A stretch of 64,000 nt of DNA from Felis catus (lineage: Eukaryota). A program made the position numbers and the translations under genes. Every line of letters begins with the position of its first letter. Position 1 is the stretch's first letter. This document shows positions 27,201 through 40,115 of this stretch, piece by piece. The notes under the pieces are model-generated. The model was not told the DNA's origin and searched no databases. It saw only the letters and a program-made list of their open reading frames with translations. Where the stretch lies: assembly GCF_018350175.1 (NCBI RefSeq), contig NC_058368.1, forward strand, positions 52,453,815 to 52,517,814, in the 5' to 3' direction.

Positions 27201-28914
27201 CCCGAATAGGGCTCTTGCTATCTGATATTTCACTGGCCATGTTTTACTGTTTCTCCTGGATGGCATGCTATAGAGTGTAATAAATCTCAGTTTGTTTATA
27301 TTCTGTGTCTGTATTTGCACTTTGGTGATTATATTTGAATTCATGCAAGATTCCTTTTTTTTTTTTTAAGAACTCAAGCATAATCTTCTCATTAATCCTG
27401 TCCTGTTTGTCTGTTATTAATAGGCCACTGTACAATGTATTCTGCTGCAAAACTCCACCAGGCATGACTAATTCAGATAATTAATTTGCTAGAACATTAA
27501 CACCATCAAATGAGCCTGCTAAACCGGTAAATTTAAAGTAAATTAAACTTAATTTGCAGGTTATTGCAATTAAGTCTGCCTTGTCTTTCTGAGGGATTTC
27601 AACATCCTCAGTATTTAAGAGGCAATCATAATGCATGCAAGTGGGCGGGCTTTTTGGCTAATTAACACAAGAGTCTAATCTGCTTTTCAATTAGGGTGGA
27701 TGTTTATAATGTGCTGGTGACAGTGTTGCGATTCAGTGCAGCATAACAGGAGTGCATGGCATAATTATAGCTGAAAAGAAAAGCTCATGCCGGGCCTTTT
27801 TAGGGGTTAATGAGACATTGGCAGCTTCCAGCTGAGGAGATCGAGCCAGTTTAGTGTGGCTTCAAGAGGAAACCACCCATAGGGGTTTCCTTTGAAGTGT
27901 CAAAAGGTCCCCTTGTTCTGGGTGGCTTATGTTTCATTTGTCTGAGTGGCATATCAAAAATTGATGAGCTGCCAGCAGCAGTCCCTATGACATTAATTCA
28001 CCAATTGTGTTTCTAATAGTTTCATCCTTAAATAAATTTGGATGATGAGAACGGTAAGGAGAGCCAAGGTTCTGAAAACAATGAGGGCCAGGCCGTCGCG
28101 AGGAGTTTTTACAGCACAGACAAATGTAGCAGCAGCAAATGTTAAAGACACGCCTGACCTACTACTCCACCCTGGGTTATTAGCTGGAGGAAGACAATAA
28201 CCGGGCCGTCTGCTCACCCACAGTCCCTGGAAACGGTGATAAAGATGTGACATTCTCCGGCGCTTGCTTGAAACTCTAACTGTACTGGAGAGGAATCTTA
28301 GACTGGACCTTCCGAAGAAAAAACTCCTCGGAAGCTGAGACCGTCGGTACCTCAGAAACGCCCTCAGTCCAGCCACCTGTATAGCGAGGCACAGCGGGCC
28401 AGGAAAGAGCCCACCAGTGACATCACCAAACAGTGCCTACATTTGGGGGAAGAAAATAAATATCATCTCCCCATGTCTACCAGTGAACACGAAACCAAGG
28501 TAGTTTTGAGACTCAGCTCGAAACTGAGGCTTTGGTAGACTTACTTGTGGAGAAGCTCTCTTCCGGTACCTTTATGGTCCCGAAAGCCACTTGAGCAAAC
28601 CATACTTTGTGGTGTTACGTGTTCTGTGGTTATACAGTGAGGAAAAGAGAATTTGGAAATAGGTGGCTGTTTCTGGGATGAAGACCATACATGATGTATC
28701 CAAAAGTTATGTGGGTGGGAATGACCAGGGTCGCCAAGGTAGTTTGGTTACAGCTGGGTAAAACAGCACCACCTCATAGATGAAAATTATTCTAGTTATT
28801 CGAGGAAAAATTAATCTGATTATCCGAGTGAGTTGGAAAATCTCCTAAACCAGTTGTTATGTAAACAGAGCCAAAGGAAGCCATGATATGTTACAATAGA
28901 TGTTGCTGAATAAA

Positions 28915-30175
28915 TTCATTCATTCACTCATTCATTCAGTTACTCTTTGAGCCCATATTATATGTCAGGAACTATGCTCTGAGGCTAAGGTAAAGAACAA
29001 AGCAGGCGATGTCCTTATATTCATGGAGACTTCACATAAATAATAGGTAGTCATCAGTTATTGGTAAATGTAATGATGACAATAAAACAGAAAAATGTGA
29101 CAGAGAGACTCAAGTGCTACTTTTAACTGTGTATTAGGGAAAGACTTTGCAAGGAGGTGACATTTAAGCTGAGACCAAAATATATGGAAAAGTTTTTAAG
29201 TACAAGATGACTTAATTTACATTTTTAAAAGATCACTTTGGCTGCTGTCTGGAAAATAGAAGTGGAAGGATGTGACACTCGAAGAATGGAAGCAGCGAGA
29301 CCATTGAGAAGATTGTTAATGTCCCCTAGAAGCAACCGCCCAGTCCAAACTTCTAGATTGGCAATATGATTTAGAGGTAGATTCAACAAGTCTTGCTGTA
29401 TGGGGCATTGAGATTTTGAATGAATTATTAGACATATAAGTGGCAATGTCAAGTTGGAAGTTGAACATATGAGTCTGGAAATTAAAGGAGACACCGGAGC
29501 TAAAGATATAATACAGAGAGGCATGAGCCTGCAATTGGTATTCAAAAACATGGGCTGGCTGATTACCCCTGGGAGAGGGTATGCTTGGTGCAGAGAAGGA
29601 GTCCCAGCATCAAGTTACTCTGGGAGGGAGAAGCAGCAAAGGAGACCGAAGCTGAATGGCCACTAAGATAGGAAATAAACAAACAAACATGATTATGAAG
29701 AAGGGTAACACTGGAAACAAGAGAAAATGTCTCAATACAGTCAGCTGTATTGAATTCTGATGAGAAGTTGAATAAGATGAAAAGAGACAAATGTCCATTG
29801 GATTTAGCATCATCATGGAGGTCAATTGTGACCTCGACTGGAGCCATTTCAGCGATACGTAGGGACTGCAGGAAACCTGGGTAGGATGAGTGGAAGACAG
29901 AATGGGAGATGAAGAGGTATAGATGGTGTCTGCAGATAATTACCAGAAGGTATGGCCATGAAGGTAAAAAAAAAAAAAAAATGGAATTGTGCACAAGAGG
30001 GAAGGTGAGATCCAAAAAGATAGTTTTAGATATGGGAGAGGGTGTGTGCACATGTTGATAGCAATGATCCGGGAAACAGAGAAATAAAATTAGAGAAGAG
30101 AAGTATAAAGGGGATGAGATCCCACGCACATAAGGATGGCTTGGCCTTCAGTGAAAACAGCTTATCAGCCTTATA
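28915..30175 (-). mobile_element. L2 LINE (long fragment)
   Basis: ttcattcattcactcattcattca end; ttttaaaagatcactttggctgctgt; aaatgtccattggatttagcatcatcatggaggtcaattgtgacctcgac. Accounts for ORFs 29225-30129. Confidence 0.85.
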
Positions 30176-30193
30176 ACCAAACGAGAACGTGCA

Positions 30194-30757
30194 ACTGGTG
30201 TATTTCACTTAGCACAACATCCTCAAGATTCATCCATGTTTTCACATATTACAGAATCCCCTTCTTTTTTAAGGATGAATAATATTCCATTGTATGTGCA
30301 TACCACATTTATTTTATCCATTCATCTGCTGATGGACAGGTTGTTTCAACATCTTTGTTATTGTGAATAGTGTTGCAATGAACCTAAAAGTCCTAATACA
30401 TCTTTGGGATCCTGATTTCAATTATTTTGGATAAATACCTAGAAGTAGGATTGCCACATTTGACGATTCTATTTTTCATTTCTTGAGGAACCTCCATGCT
30501 GTTTTCCATACACTTAAAAGTTAGTTAAGAGGGTAGATCTGATGTATTTAAATGACAAAAGCAAAGCAAAGGAAAAGAAAAGAAAAGAGAAAAGAAAAAG
30601 AAAAAAAAGAAAAGGAAAGGAACAGAAAAGGATAGAAAAGAAAAGGAAAGGAAAGGAAAGAAGAGAAAAGAAAGGTAAAGAAAAGAAAAAAGAAAAGAAA
30701 GAAGAGAAAAGAGAAAAGAAAAGAAAAGAAAAGAAGAAAGAAAAGAAAAGAAAAGTA
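30194..30757. mobile_element. 5'-inverted L1 insertion with (GAAAA)n-expanded tail
   Basis: 30194-30510 is antisense L1 (ORF2 end/3'UTR), 30511-30555 is sense L1 3'UTR (cacttaaaagttagttaagagggtagatct), then the purine tail. Degenerate 19-bp TSD. Confidence 0.8.
30556..30755 (+). repeat. GA-rich (GAAAA)n-like tract, ~200 bp
   Basis: Read directly. Source of the K/E/R-rich and F/S/L-rich junk ORFs 30514-30818. Confidence 0.95.
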
Positions 30758-31388
30758 AACTGAAGGAGAACCTGTATGGGAAAAGATGCAGGCAAGAGAA
30801 CTCGTGTGAAATAGTCATTTGAGGGTCAGAAACAATTCAATAATAGATTAGGTCCAATTCACTCTTTAAATCAAAATGTGTTTACTATGAGTAATATACA
30901 TTTATTAAAGAAAAAAATGGGAAATACAGAAAAGCTGGTGAAAACAATTGCCCATCAACTACAGAATAATACAGTGGTCTAATAGTGAAGGGAACATAAA
31001 ACAGAAGTGTGGGTAATATTTCTCCAAGGAAATCCCATGATGAGACTTTAAAAGAAGCATCTATCTGGCCTGTAGGGACCTATATCCAGAAAGCATCTGG
31101 AGAAAGTTCATCTGTACTGGATCTTTGATCAAACCTTACCTCTGGGCTTGTGAGTTGTGCTAGTCTCTGTCATTCTCAGCATTTCTTAGCGAGCCCTACT
31201 TGGTGGTCTGTCATAGAATGTGCCACGTTCTTAATTTCCTTAAGTTCCAAACCCTCTCACGATCGTACTGAATATTGTGTGAAACATAGAGAGGTTTTCA
31301 TCCTTTTTCAAGAAAGAAATTGTCCTATTTATATTAGGATGTCTTACGGGATTTTTCGTATCATGGTTTTGGCTGCAGTGAGGGCTAA

Positions 31389-31539
31389 CATGGCAGGAAC
31401 AAGGGTAGGCATGATGGGTGCCCAGGGAGCAACACTCAAGGCAGTGCTCACTCTAAGGGTGTGAAGGTGACAGTGAGTGCTTCCTTCAATGTTGCTCCCC
31501 GGGCATGCGGCCATCTTGCCTTAGCCTGGCCCTGCCCTG
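31389..31539. mobile_element. Palindromic hAT-Tip100 MITE (MER96/MER91-like)
   Basis: Self-complementary: gggagcaacactcaaggcagtgctcact versus agtgagtgcttccttcaatgttgctccc, with ends catggcagg / cctgccctg. Confidence 0.8.
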
Positions 31540-31888
31540 GCAAACGGCCTTGTTCATCCATAAGTTATCTCTTAGAGCTATTCTCGAGATATGATGGGCT
31601 GGAAACACCAGGAAGGGTGCTAGCATATTCCTTTTTAATGCCGTTTTAAAGATGTAATAACTGTGGATATGTAGATTTATGGGGAAAGTCAAAAATAAAA
31701 CACACGCACAATTAGCATCAGCTCTTCTTTACCTTCCTAAGTTGAAGGTCTATTCTACTCTCATATAAAGGTAAGTGACTGTGTGTCATTAGAGGTCATT
31801 GAAAGTCGGCAAAGTATGTAGCACAGGCTTGGCCCACAGCTGGTGCTCAATAAAGGGGAGCCATGATTTAAAAACAACAAAAACTCTC

Positions 31889-32065
31889 AACCATAAGAGA
31901 TTTTAAAGACTGAGAACAAACTGAGGGTTGATGGGGGGTGGGAGGGAGGGGAAAGTGGGTGATGGGCATTGAGGAGGGCACCTGTTGGGATGAGCACTGG
32001 GTGTTGTATGGAAACCAATCTGACAATAAATTTCATATTAAAAATAAATAAACAATAACAAAAAA
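31889..32065 (+). mobile_element. Young felid L1 (L1_Fc-like) 3' end, 5'-truncated
   Basis: gagaacaaactgagggttgatggggggtgggagggagggg..gggcacctgttgggatgagcactgggtgttgtatggaaaccaat..aataaatttcatatt plus A-rich tail. Confidence 0.92.
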
Positions 32066-32923
32066 CGATTATCACTAGCTCTGATCTTTGCTCAATACTA
32101 AATTGTTCTGAGTTTAATACTTTTTAAAACATATGCCTTAATTTTAAAAATACACAATATGCTTTACAGTAGATATTTGCTTAGATATTTGCTACTCTTT
32201 TGCCCTCTGTTCTGTTCTTACACTAGTGATAACGACATCTCATATAGCAAATTTGAATGTGTAAACTGCTTTCATCCATAGTAACTCATTGGTTCTTCAC
32301 AACCATATAAGCTACGTAGTATCATTCACCCAAACGGAAGCTTAATAAATTGAGTTCAGGCAAGTTTAGTGACTTGTCCTAGTTCACAGCCTTAGAAACG
32401 CAGAGTTAAAGGTTGTAACTTTAACTGGAGATCCCAGATCTTCCTACTCTCTGCCATCAGCAATTAAATGAAAAGTCTTTTAGACCTGGATGTGTGAGAA
32501 ACCAGTAATATTTCAAGCCACTATTTTTATAAATCTGACTCACAAGGTGCTCATTCACAGCAATGGAGAGGAGAGAGAAGGAAATAAGAAAGAGTGTAAA
32601 CTTAAGAGCCCGAATTGCTTTCTCATTCAACCAACCACCTAGAGAGAGTTGTCCTTATGTGTCTGAGTCAGGGTAGCCTAGAATAGAGACTGCACTGTAG
32701 TTACTAACAACACCAAAGTCTCAGTGGCTTAAAACAACCAAATTTAATTCTTATGTGACAGGGCATATAATCAGTGTAACCACACCACAGAAGCTGGAGA
32801 AAGGGGCCTTGGTGAACCATGACCTCTCTCCTCACCCCATTGGGCATGTCTCCGAGGACATGTGTCTGTCAATGCAATGGCACCATCTCATTTCCAGCAT
32901 CACAGCTCCAAATCTAGGGTTCC

Positions 32924-33156
32924 TTTTTTTTTTAATGTTTATTTGAGAGAGAGAGAGAGAGAGAGAGAGCGTGCACTTGCATGTGTGTGTGCACATAGGG
33001 GAGGGGCAAAGAGAGGGAGAGAGAGAGAATCCCAAGCAGGCTCCACACTGTCAGCACAGAGTACCACATGGGGCTCGAGATCACAAACCATGCGATCATG
33101 ACCTGAACCAAAATCAAGAGGGAGACGCTTAATCGACCGAGCCCCTCAAGCACCCC
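32924..33156 (-). mobile_element. CAN-SINE
   Basis: T tail, (GA)n and SINE body. Degenerate TSD ctagggttcctttt / ctggggctcctttt. Confidence 0.93.
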
Positions 33157-34137
33157 TGGGGCTCCTTTTCAACTCCATCGTTCCTTCATCCTCTCTAGCA
33201 CCTTGCTAACCAGTTACCAAATCCTGTAGATTTTTCTTGTCTTATATCTCTGATTTCAATGTCTTCATTTGAAGAATGATCTCTGAAGGTCAATGTATAT
33301 AACACATGAGCGCCTCTACAAACACCATTTGAGAAAACAGTTCTTGACTTCATATATGTTTTTCTTCAGAAGGAGCGCAAACTTTGGCATTAGAAGGCTT
33401 TATGTTTTTGTACCATGGTGTTTCCTGTAATATTTTCAGGTTACTTGATTTCCATAAGCATGACTCTCTATATCTGTGAAATGGGGATAAGAGAATTCTT
33501 ATGCCAGCACACTGTAGTGAGGATTAAATGTTGTCATAGGTATTTAAGTACTTTGTAAGTTATAAAATCCTATACACATGGTAGGAATTACCATTATTAA
33601 TATTAATGTGAGCCAGGCAGTAATAACCTTAAAGCAATTAGCAGCTGTTAATATACTGAACTGGATTTACTTGTCCTAATGAACTATGGAATGGCTTTAT
33701 TTAAAGGGCAAAGGCAATCGTTAATTTATTCAAGCACCCATTAAGCACATATTATATGGTGGTTGCTATACTAGGTGCAAGAGACTATGCAAGCCAAAAA
33801 AAGATAGTCTCTATCCTCATAGATATTAGCAGTAATAATCTAAGACAAGACTGTGTCAATATGGCAGAACCAGAGAAAATCAAAGTACTATGAGATATTG
33901 TAACAAGAAAAGGCTACAAGCAACAGGGGCCAGCAGGAAAGATTTGATTGAGGTGTGAAATTGGAGTTGGACAAAGAAGGGCTAAGGTTTCAACAAGTAA
34001 AAGGTGTAACCGTATGTGGAAACACGACCAAATCTGAGTAAAGAAGACTTCACCTCTTATTAGTTTTGTGACCCTGCACATGGACTTAACTTCCCTGAAC
34101 TTGCAGGGGTGTGGTGAGGAATTAGGAACAAAATGTG

Positions 34138-34298
34138 AAAGCAGCTTCTCAGACTGTAATGCATGTAATACGTGCATGTACATAAAAGAGCTTGTCACAT
34201 GCAGATTCTGATGCTGAGGGTCTGGGGGGGGGCCCAGAGATTCAGCCTTTCTAATGATGCTGATGCACTCGGTCCATGGACCACACTTGAGAAGCAGG
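34138..34298. mobile_element. MER5-like hAT-Charlie element
   Basis: gcagcttctcagactgtaatgcat..atgcagattctgat..ggtctggggggggcccagaga..gatgctgatgc..ggtccatggaccacacttgagaagca. Confidence 0.85.
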
Positions 34299-37200
34299 GT
34301 GCACATTCCTTTGTACGGTGCCTATTCCTATCCTACTGCCTATTCCATCCATGTTCCTATTCATGTAAGCATTTCCAAATCACTGAATGGCAAAGGTAAA
34401 ATTCGAGGTATAAAAGTTTGGGGTCCGTTCACCAAAATTTGCCCCAAATTCCTACATATTTCTCATGTCAAATATATCTCTTAAACATGAACAAACCATA
34501 ATTTTTCTTTCTCCTTGGCTATTTTTATTTCATTTATTTTTTTTTTCATTTTCATTCAAGTTAGTTATCATATAGTGCGACAAAATTTTAATAACTGACA
34601 AAGGTAAAAGAAATCAGTCTTTCATAAGGAGTGCATATTTTTTTATATAGCAATCAACATTCTTGCTTAAAATATCTACTTAAACAAATGCTTTGATCTT
34701 TAATTAATAGCCATAATAATCATTTGAAACTCTGGCTCATCAGGGTTTTTAAACAATTTGAGAACAAAAGTGTCAACAACAGCAAAACACATTACTTTGT
34801 CAGCCTCTAATTAATATCAGTTTTAATTAGGCCATAAAAATATTTTCATTCTCATATATAACATCTCTCATTATGACAACTCTCATGTAACAAATATACT
34901 CAAACATTGAGATGATCTTCTCTGAGCTATTTCTGAGCTTTCTAAGTATGCCCATTGCTGTTGTTGTATGACATTGATCTACACATAGCACTTTAGGTAG
35001 CTGGCACATAGGAAGAGTCACCTAACTGATGAGATGTCACCATCCTATCCAGGTGGCATCCCAGATAAACTTGGACAATTAGGCTGGCTTTATTTGCACA
35101 CTCCGAGCTGAGATGTAATCACTTGCTTAAAAAGATCGAGGTACGTTTGGTATGTTTAATATTTTAAGAAAGAGAAAGTGATTTAGAAAAATCGAAGTTG
35201 TGTAAGAAATGAAATTCTATGTCCACAGTTTGAGCAGCAGAACGACTCCCCAAATCCTTGACACAATACCGTTTGGTCACATCAGTCAGCATGGCAGAGC
35301 CATCTACCACGATCCAGAAATAGCAGCCATGGCCGTGGCAATGCTTGCACACAGACTTTGCTGGTCCGCTTGATCCAATGCAACAGCCAGAGTAGAGCCA
35401 TGTTGTGCAAACTCAGGCCGACATCACACACAATTCACTAGGCTGAACAACTCGTTACCGTTCTCAAGTCTTACCTTCCAAACACACACAGCACCTTTCC
35501 TAAGGCAGGCCCTAAATTAATTTTTTAAACACTGAAAATTACTTACAGAGGACCTACTGTGTGCAAATGATAATGATGATATAGATGATGATGATGATGA
35601 TGATAAGAATAATTTGCCATGTGCCCGGAAGATAGAAAGGTCTATCATTTTTCCCTACCAGGAGTTTACAAACTTGATGACCAAGAAAGTCAACCCATAA
35701 ATATACCCGGCACGAATGCCTATGACATTCATGATAGCACTAATAACAAAGAATCTGTTTGGGGTTTGAGAATATTTATATTGCAGTGTCTATATCTTTC
35801 CTTGTTTTAGGAAGTAAGCCTTCTAGAAATAAGGGCAATTTTAAAAGATAAAGATCCCTGCTCTTTGGTGCATGCTTTAGTAGTTTTCTTTATTTTCTTT
35901 CTGAAAAGCACAGTACAAGGATTCTTCTGGAATACAAATCACCATAAATTCTGGCCTACAAGTGCATGACTAATCTAATTGCAGGCAGAGAGGATCATTT
36001 GCTAATGCTCTCACTAGAGCTCTGTACTAAATGATTTGCTCAGAGAGCAATTGATGCCCCTAGAAAACTTTGAAAAATGTTCTAGTTAGAAACAACTTTG
36101 TCCGTGTCATATATTTTCTGTTTTTATCTCCATCATTTTTATTCTTTAGGACATTTGGATGAAAATTTCATCTCTTTTGCTTGAGGGTTCATGTGCTCCT
36201 GCTTTTCCTCACCTGAAATCATGAGCTCACTGTGACAGTATAAGATGCCAAATTGGGTGTCACGGAAATCACTGTGCAGAACCCCAACCCCCAGCCACTA
36301 CTTATACAAGAAAAAAGAAAGAAAGAAAAGAAAGGCCAGTAATTTGTCTTCAGAACATGAAACCCATTACTTATAAATTACTGTTAATTATATATTGAGA
36401 TAAATATAGAATCATCATTTCTACATGCCTTGGAAATAGACAAGCTCTTAAAAATTTATTGGTGTCCTTAAGATTCTGATGATATAAAACAATAAATCAT
36501 TGTGCATGTATGCAGCCTTTTGAGGTCCTCAAAAAAAATTACTGTAGATACTGAACTGCTAGCCATGGATATAGCAGCAGCTCTATTCTACTCTCTCTTA
36601 TATAGTCCGATGGCGGGGGCGGAAGGGGAACATTACTGCTAATGATATGGAAGAGCCAATAATTCGTCACAGTGCATTCCCCAAAGTGTATTGCTTTGCT
36701 TCACCCACCACTCACCAGAGAACTCAGCCTGCCCAGAAACTCCAAAGTTCAGTCCCTAACACTAGTAGATCTCAGAACATTATTACCCAACTCCAGTCTA
36801 GAAGGGCCAAAAATAACAAGTGGGGTTGAGGTGGAGGAGAAATTTCTATAAAGGGTGAACCAGAGGGAATCTACAGATCAGAAAGGCAACACAATGTGAC
36901 TTGATTTAATGAGTATATTTGGAATACCTTATCATGAATGCCATGAAGATTATCATTGCCCGCTATATAAACATCTTAAAATACTTCCCAAAGGACTAAA
37001 TAATAGTGGTTTAATACATATTGCCTCTTCACTATATAGTTTTATTTCATGTTGACTGGATTTTCTTGGGATCTCAATATATTATGAGATTTAAGCTACT
37101 TCAATTGTCAGTCAACATCAGTTTCTAGGCCTTTTATTTTAAATTGGAAATAGCAAAATACCTATAGCCTGGGTAAATATAATTGAGGCAAAACAGGATA

Positions 37201-37509
37201 TTCGAAGGCTAAAGAGAATCTTTGTTGCAATTCAGCTTTAAAGACTTCCATCAAACATTCTATAAGTGCGTGTCAAAGGCTCTCTATCTGAAGAGCAATA
37301 CACATGTATACACACACAAAGCACAGGGCAGTCCTGCCCACAAAAGTTGACAATCTGCTTGGATAGATGGCAGCAGGGTACTTTAAACAGTTGGAAAATA
37401 ATTCACGATGATGTGAAACACCATAAGAATTATACTTAGGGCTGATGGATGGATGAGAATTGCTCTTACAAATAAATATCTAATATATGCAAAGTACATT
37501 GGAAAAACC

Positions 37510-37730
37510 AGGAGCCTTGGAGATTGACAGGACTAAGCTGGAATACCAACTCAATTACTTACTGGCTGTGTGATGTTGGATACTTTACCAAAACTCTCTG
37601 AGCCTTGGTTTCCTCATCTCTAAAATGGAGTTAATACATAATTCATAGGGTTGTGAGAATTAAACCAGCCAACATATATGAAGAATCTGTCATAGAGCCT
37701 GGCACAGATCATTTATGCAATAAATACTAT
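37510..37730 (+). mobile_element. MIR SINE
   Basis: acttactggctgtgtgatgttgga..ctctctgagccttggtttcctcatctctaaaatgg..gggttgtgagaattaaa. Confidence 0.85.
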
Positions 37731-38319
37731 CTTCCTTCCCCTTTACAGTGGTGGATTCCAGAATATCAAAACTATAGATTCTAAAGTCAATCTTACAGTC
37801 TAATTAGGAAGATGAGGCATTGCTTCTAGAGATGAAAATTATATAAGATGATAATGAAAAGTGGCAACTAAGTATGCAGTGGGGTTCAAGGGGCTAAGAA
37901 GGAGAAAGGATGTTTAACAGATATGATCAAAGGGGATTTTCCAAGAAGGAGATAGAATTGAGTGGTTATGGATGAGTAGGACAGAGAGTAAGCAAGAGGG
38001 CAGGGAAGCCCATAGTGAGTTTGGCATTTGGTGACTAGATGGGTTGACAGGAGCAGTCATGAGTGACAGAGTCGAGGACAATGAGGTGGGGGGCAACAAA
38101 ACTAGATCCAGGGGTTCAGAGCTACAGGCAGTGGGAGACATTGGAATTTCATGAACAGGAGAATGACGTATCAAAGAAGCGATTTAGAAAATAATCCAAC
38201 AATACAGAGTTCATGCAGGTTTGCTTCCTTCCAAGTCAACTGTAAGTTCAAATCAAAGGAACTATGCCTTTCTCCATCTGGGCTAGCACAAGTGATAACC
38301 TATTAAGCTGCAGCAATAG

Positions 38320-38358
<39 letters not shown>
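38320..38358 (+). repeat. (ATT)n microsatellite (~12 units)
   Basis: Read directly. Confidence 0.95.
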
Positions 38359-38359
<1 letters not shown>

Positions 38360-40115
38360 CTGTTTCACTGAATGGCAGAACGTGTTGCACTTATTTGTCT
38401 TTGGTTATTACAAAGTATTTTTCATTGATCACATAAACATTGATGTAGTTCAGTTAATATTTGGATATGAAAGACCTGGCCTGCCGATGAATGTTGTCAG
38501 AAGCTGTATCCTATGCATGAGTTTCAGTGATCTTCAACTCTTGCTGGATATCCTACTATTTCTAATCTTTGAAATTCTACTCTGAATTGTGGGAGCAAGA
38601 AGATTTCTAGTATATTCAAAACACCCCAGAACAATGCACTTGACTTTTCTGAATGCTCTTAAAATGCATGATCACTGTTCAAAGGTTTACTATGCACCTA
38701 GTACTCTCCACAGATATCAGAGGAACTTTATAAATATCTAGGGAAAACAAAAACTTTGTCTTAAAATAATTTTGCATGGAAGTTTCCAGGTTTCATATTA
38801 TCCTATATATATTCATAAGACATGTAGTTTGGGAGTCAAGAAAGACCTTAGGAAATTCTCAAATAGTCTGTTACCTATGGAGCAAAATCAATCGTACCTT
38901 CCTCAATAGCTCCTGCAGGAAGCTACTTTTCTCACAGCTATTCTTTGTTCATAACCATGCACCAACTTAAGCTAATAAAGTAATGCAATACTCTAAAATG
39001 GAACAATGTTATCAACTTTGAAAAGTCACTGCACGAATTAAACAAGATGAAGCACATAAAATTTAGCACAGTGCCTAGCACATAACAATCACTCATTAAA
39101 TGTAAATAATCGTCATTAGTATCAAAACAGGTCAGTCTTTATGATCATAGCTCTTGCAAGATGGGAAAGAGCTACCCATTCTTGTTGAGTCAGTGCCACA
39201 GCAGAAAATAAGGCCGGATTTTTCGTTGATAGTGAATTATATGATAGTTAAAAATATTCAACAAAGCTTTTTTGAGAACTTTCTTTGTTGCCATGCACCA
39301 AAATAGGCACAGCGTGCCCAGAGATAAAGAAGACTGGTTTCATCCTTTGGAGTCTCAGATCAGTTGGGAGGCACATACATACAGAGATGTAATTGAAATT
39401 CAAAGGAATAAACACTATAAGAGAATTATCTTCAAAGTGCCATGAGAGTACAAAGGACAAAGTAATTCACTCAGTATGGGAGATTGGAAAAAAGTGAAAA
39501 GAATTATTTAACTGGGCCTTGTTAAGGGAATGAAATCGTGTTGAATAGGAAATGGAAGAAAAGAGTATTATAGGCTGGGTAAATATATGCTGAGAACCAA
39601 AAGTGTGAAACATGTATTCTGTTATGGGGAAAGTGTACGTCTGGGGTGTTTTGCTTGTTGTTTGCTGCTTTTGGTCTTGTTCTATTGTTGTATTTATTCT
39701 TGCTTTGTTTGTTTCTAGTTTTTACAGCCTCGGTTGACATTAGAAATGTAGGTGAAAGACGGTTGGGGAATGGATGGCTGATGGCATGCTTTAAATGCTA
39801 AAGAAAGTGGTATTAATCTTGAATTTTAAAATTTTGGGTGCAAGAGCTATAGGATCAAATCTGTGTTTTTGAATGAAAAGTGGTGGCCAGCATGGAGGAT
39901 AGATTAAAGGTAGGCAGGGGCCATTCGGGATGCTATGCTAACAGACCCAACGAGAAAGGCTAACAATGTGAATTAAAACAGTGAGAATAGGAACAAAAAG
40001 CAGGGCGTGTTGGCTGATAAGAAACAAGAAATGAGGGAAAATATTTGGAGGGAACTCACACCATTCTAACTAACAGATCAGGGATGCCACAGGAGACAGG
40101 ATTTAAGGGAAAGCG

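Noticed and set aside
27993..28420. 127-aa Arg/Ser-rich ORF in a CpG-richer patch, considered as a processed pseudogene
   Set aside because: No recognisable protein in any frame and no poly-A or TSD. A homology search would be needed to revive it.
29563..30129. Longest ORF (188 aa, hydrophobic)
   Set aside because: Lies within the L2 relic and is repeat-derived, with no gene structure.
30514..30818. Lys/Glu/Arg-rich and Phe/Ser-rich ORFs
   Set aside because: Translations of the GAAAA microsatellite.
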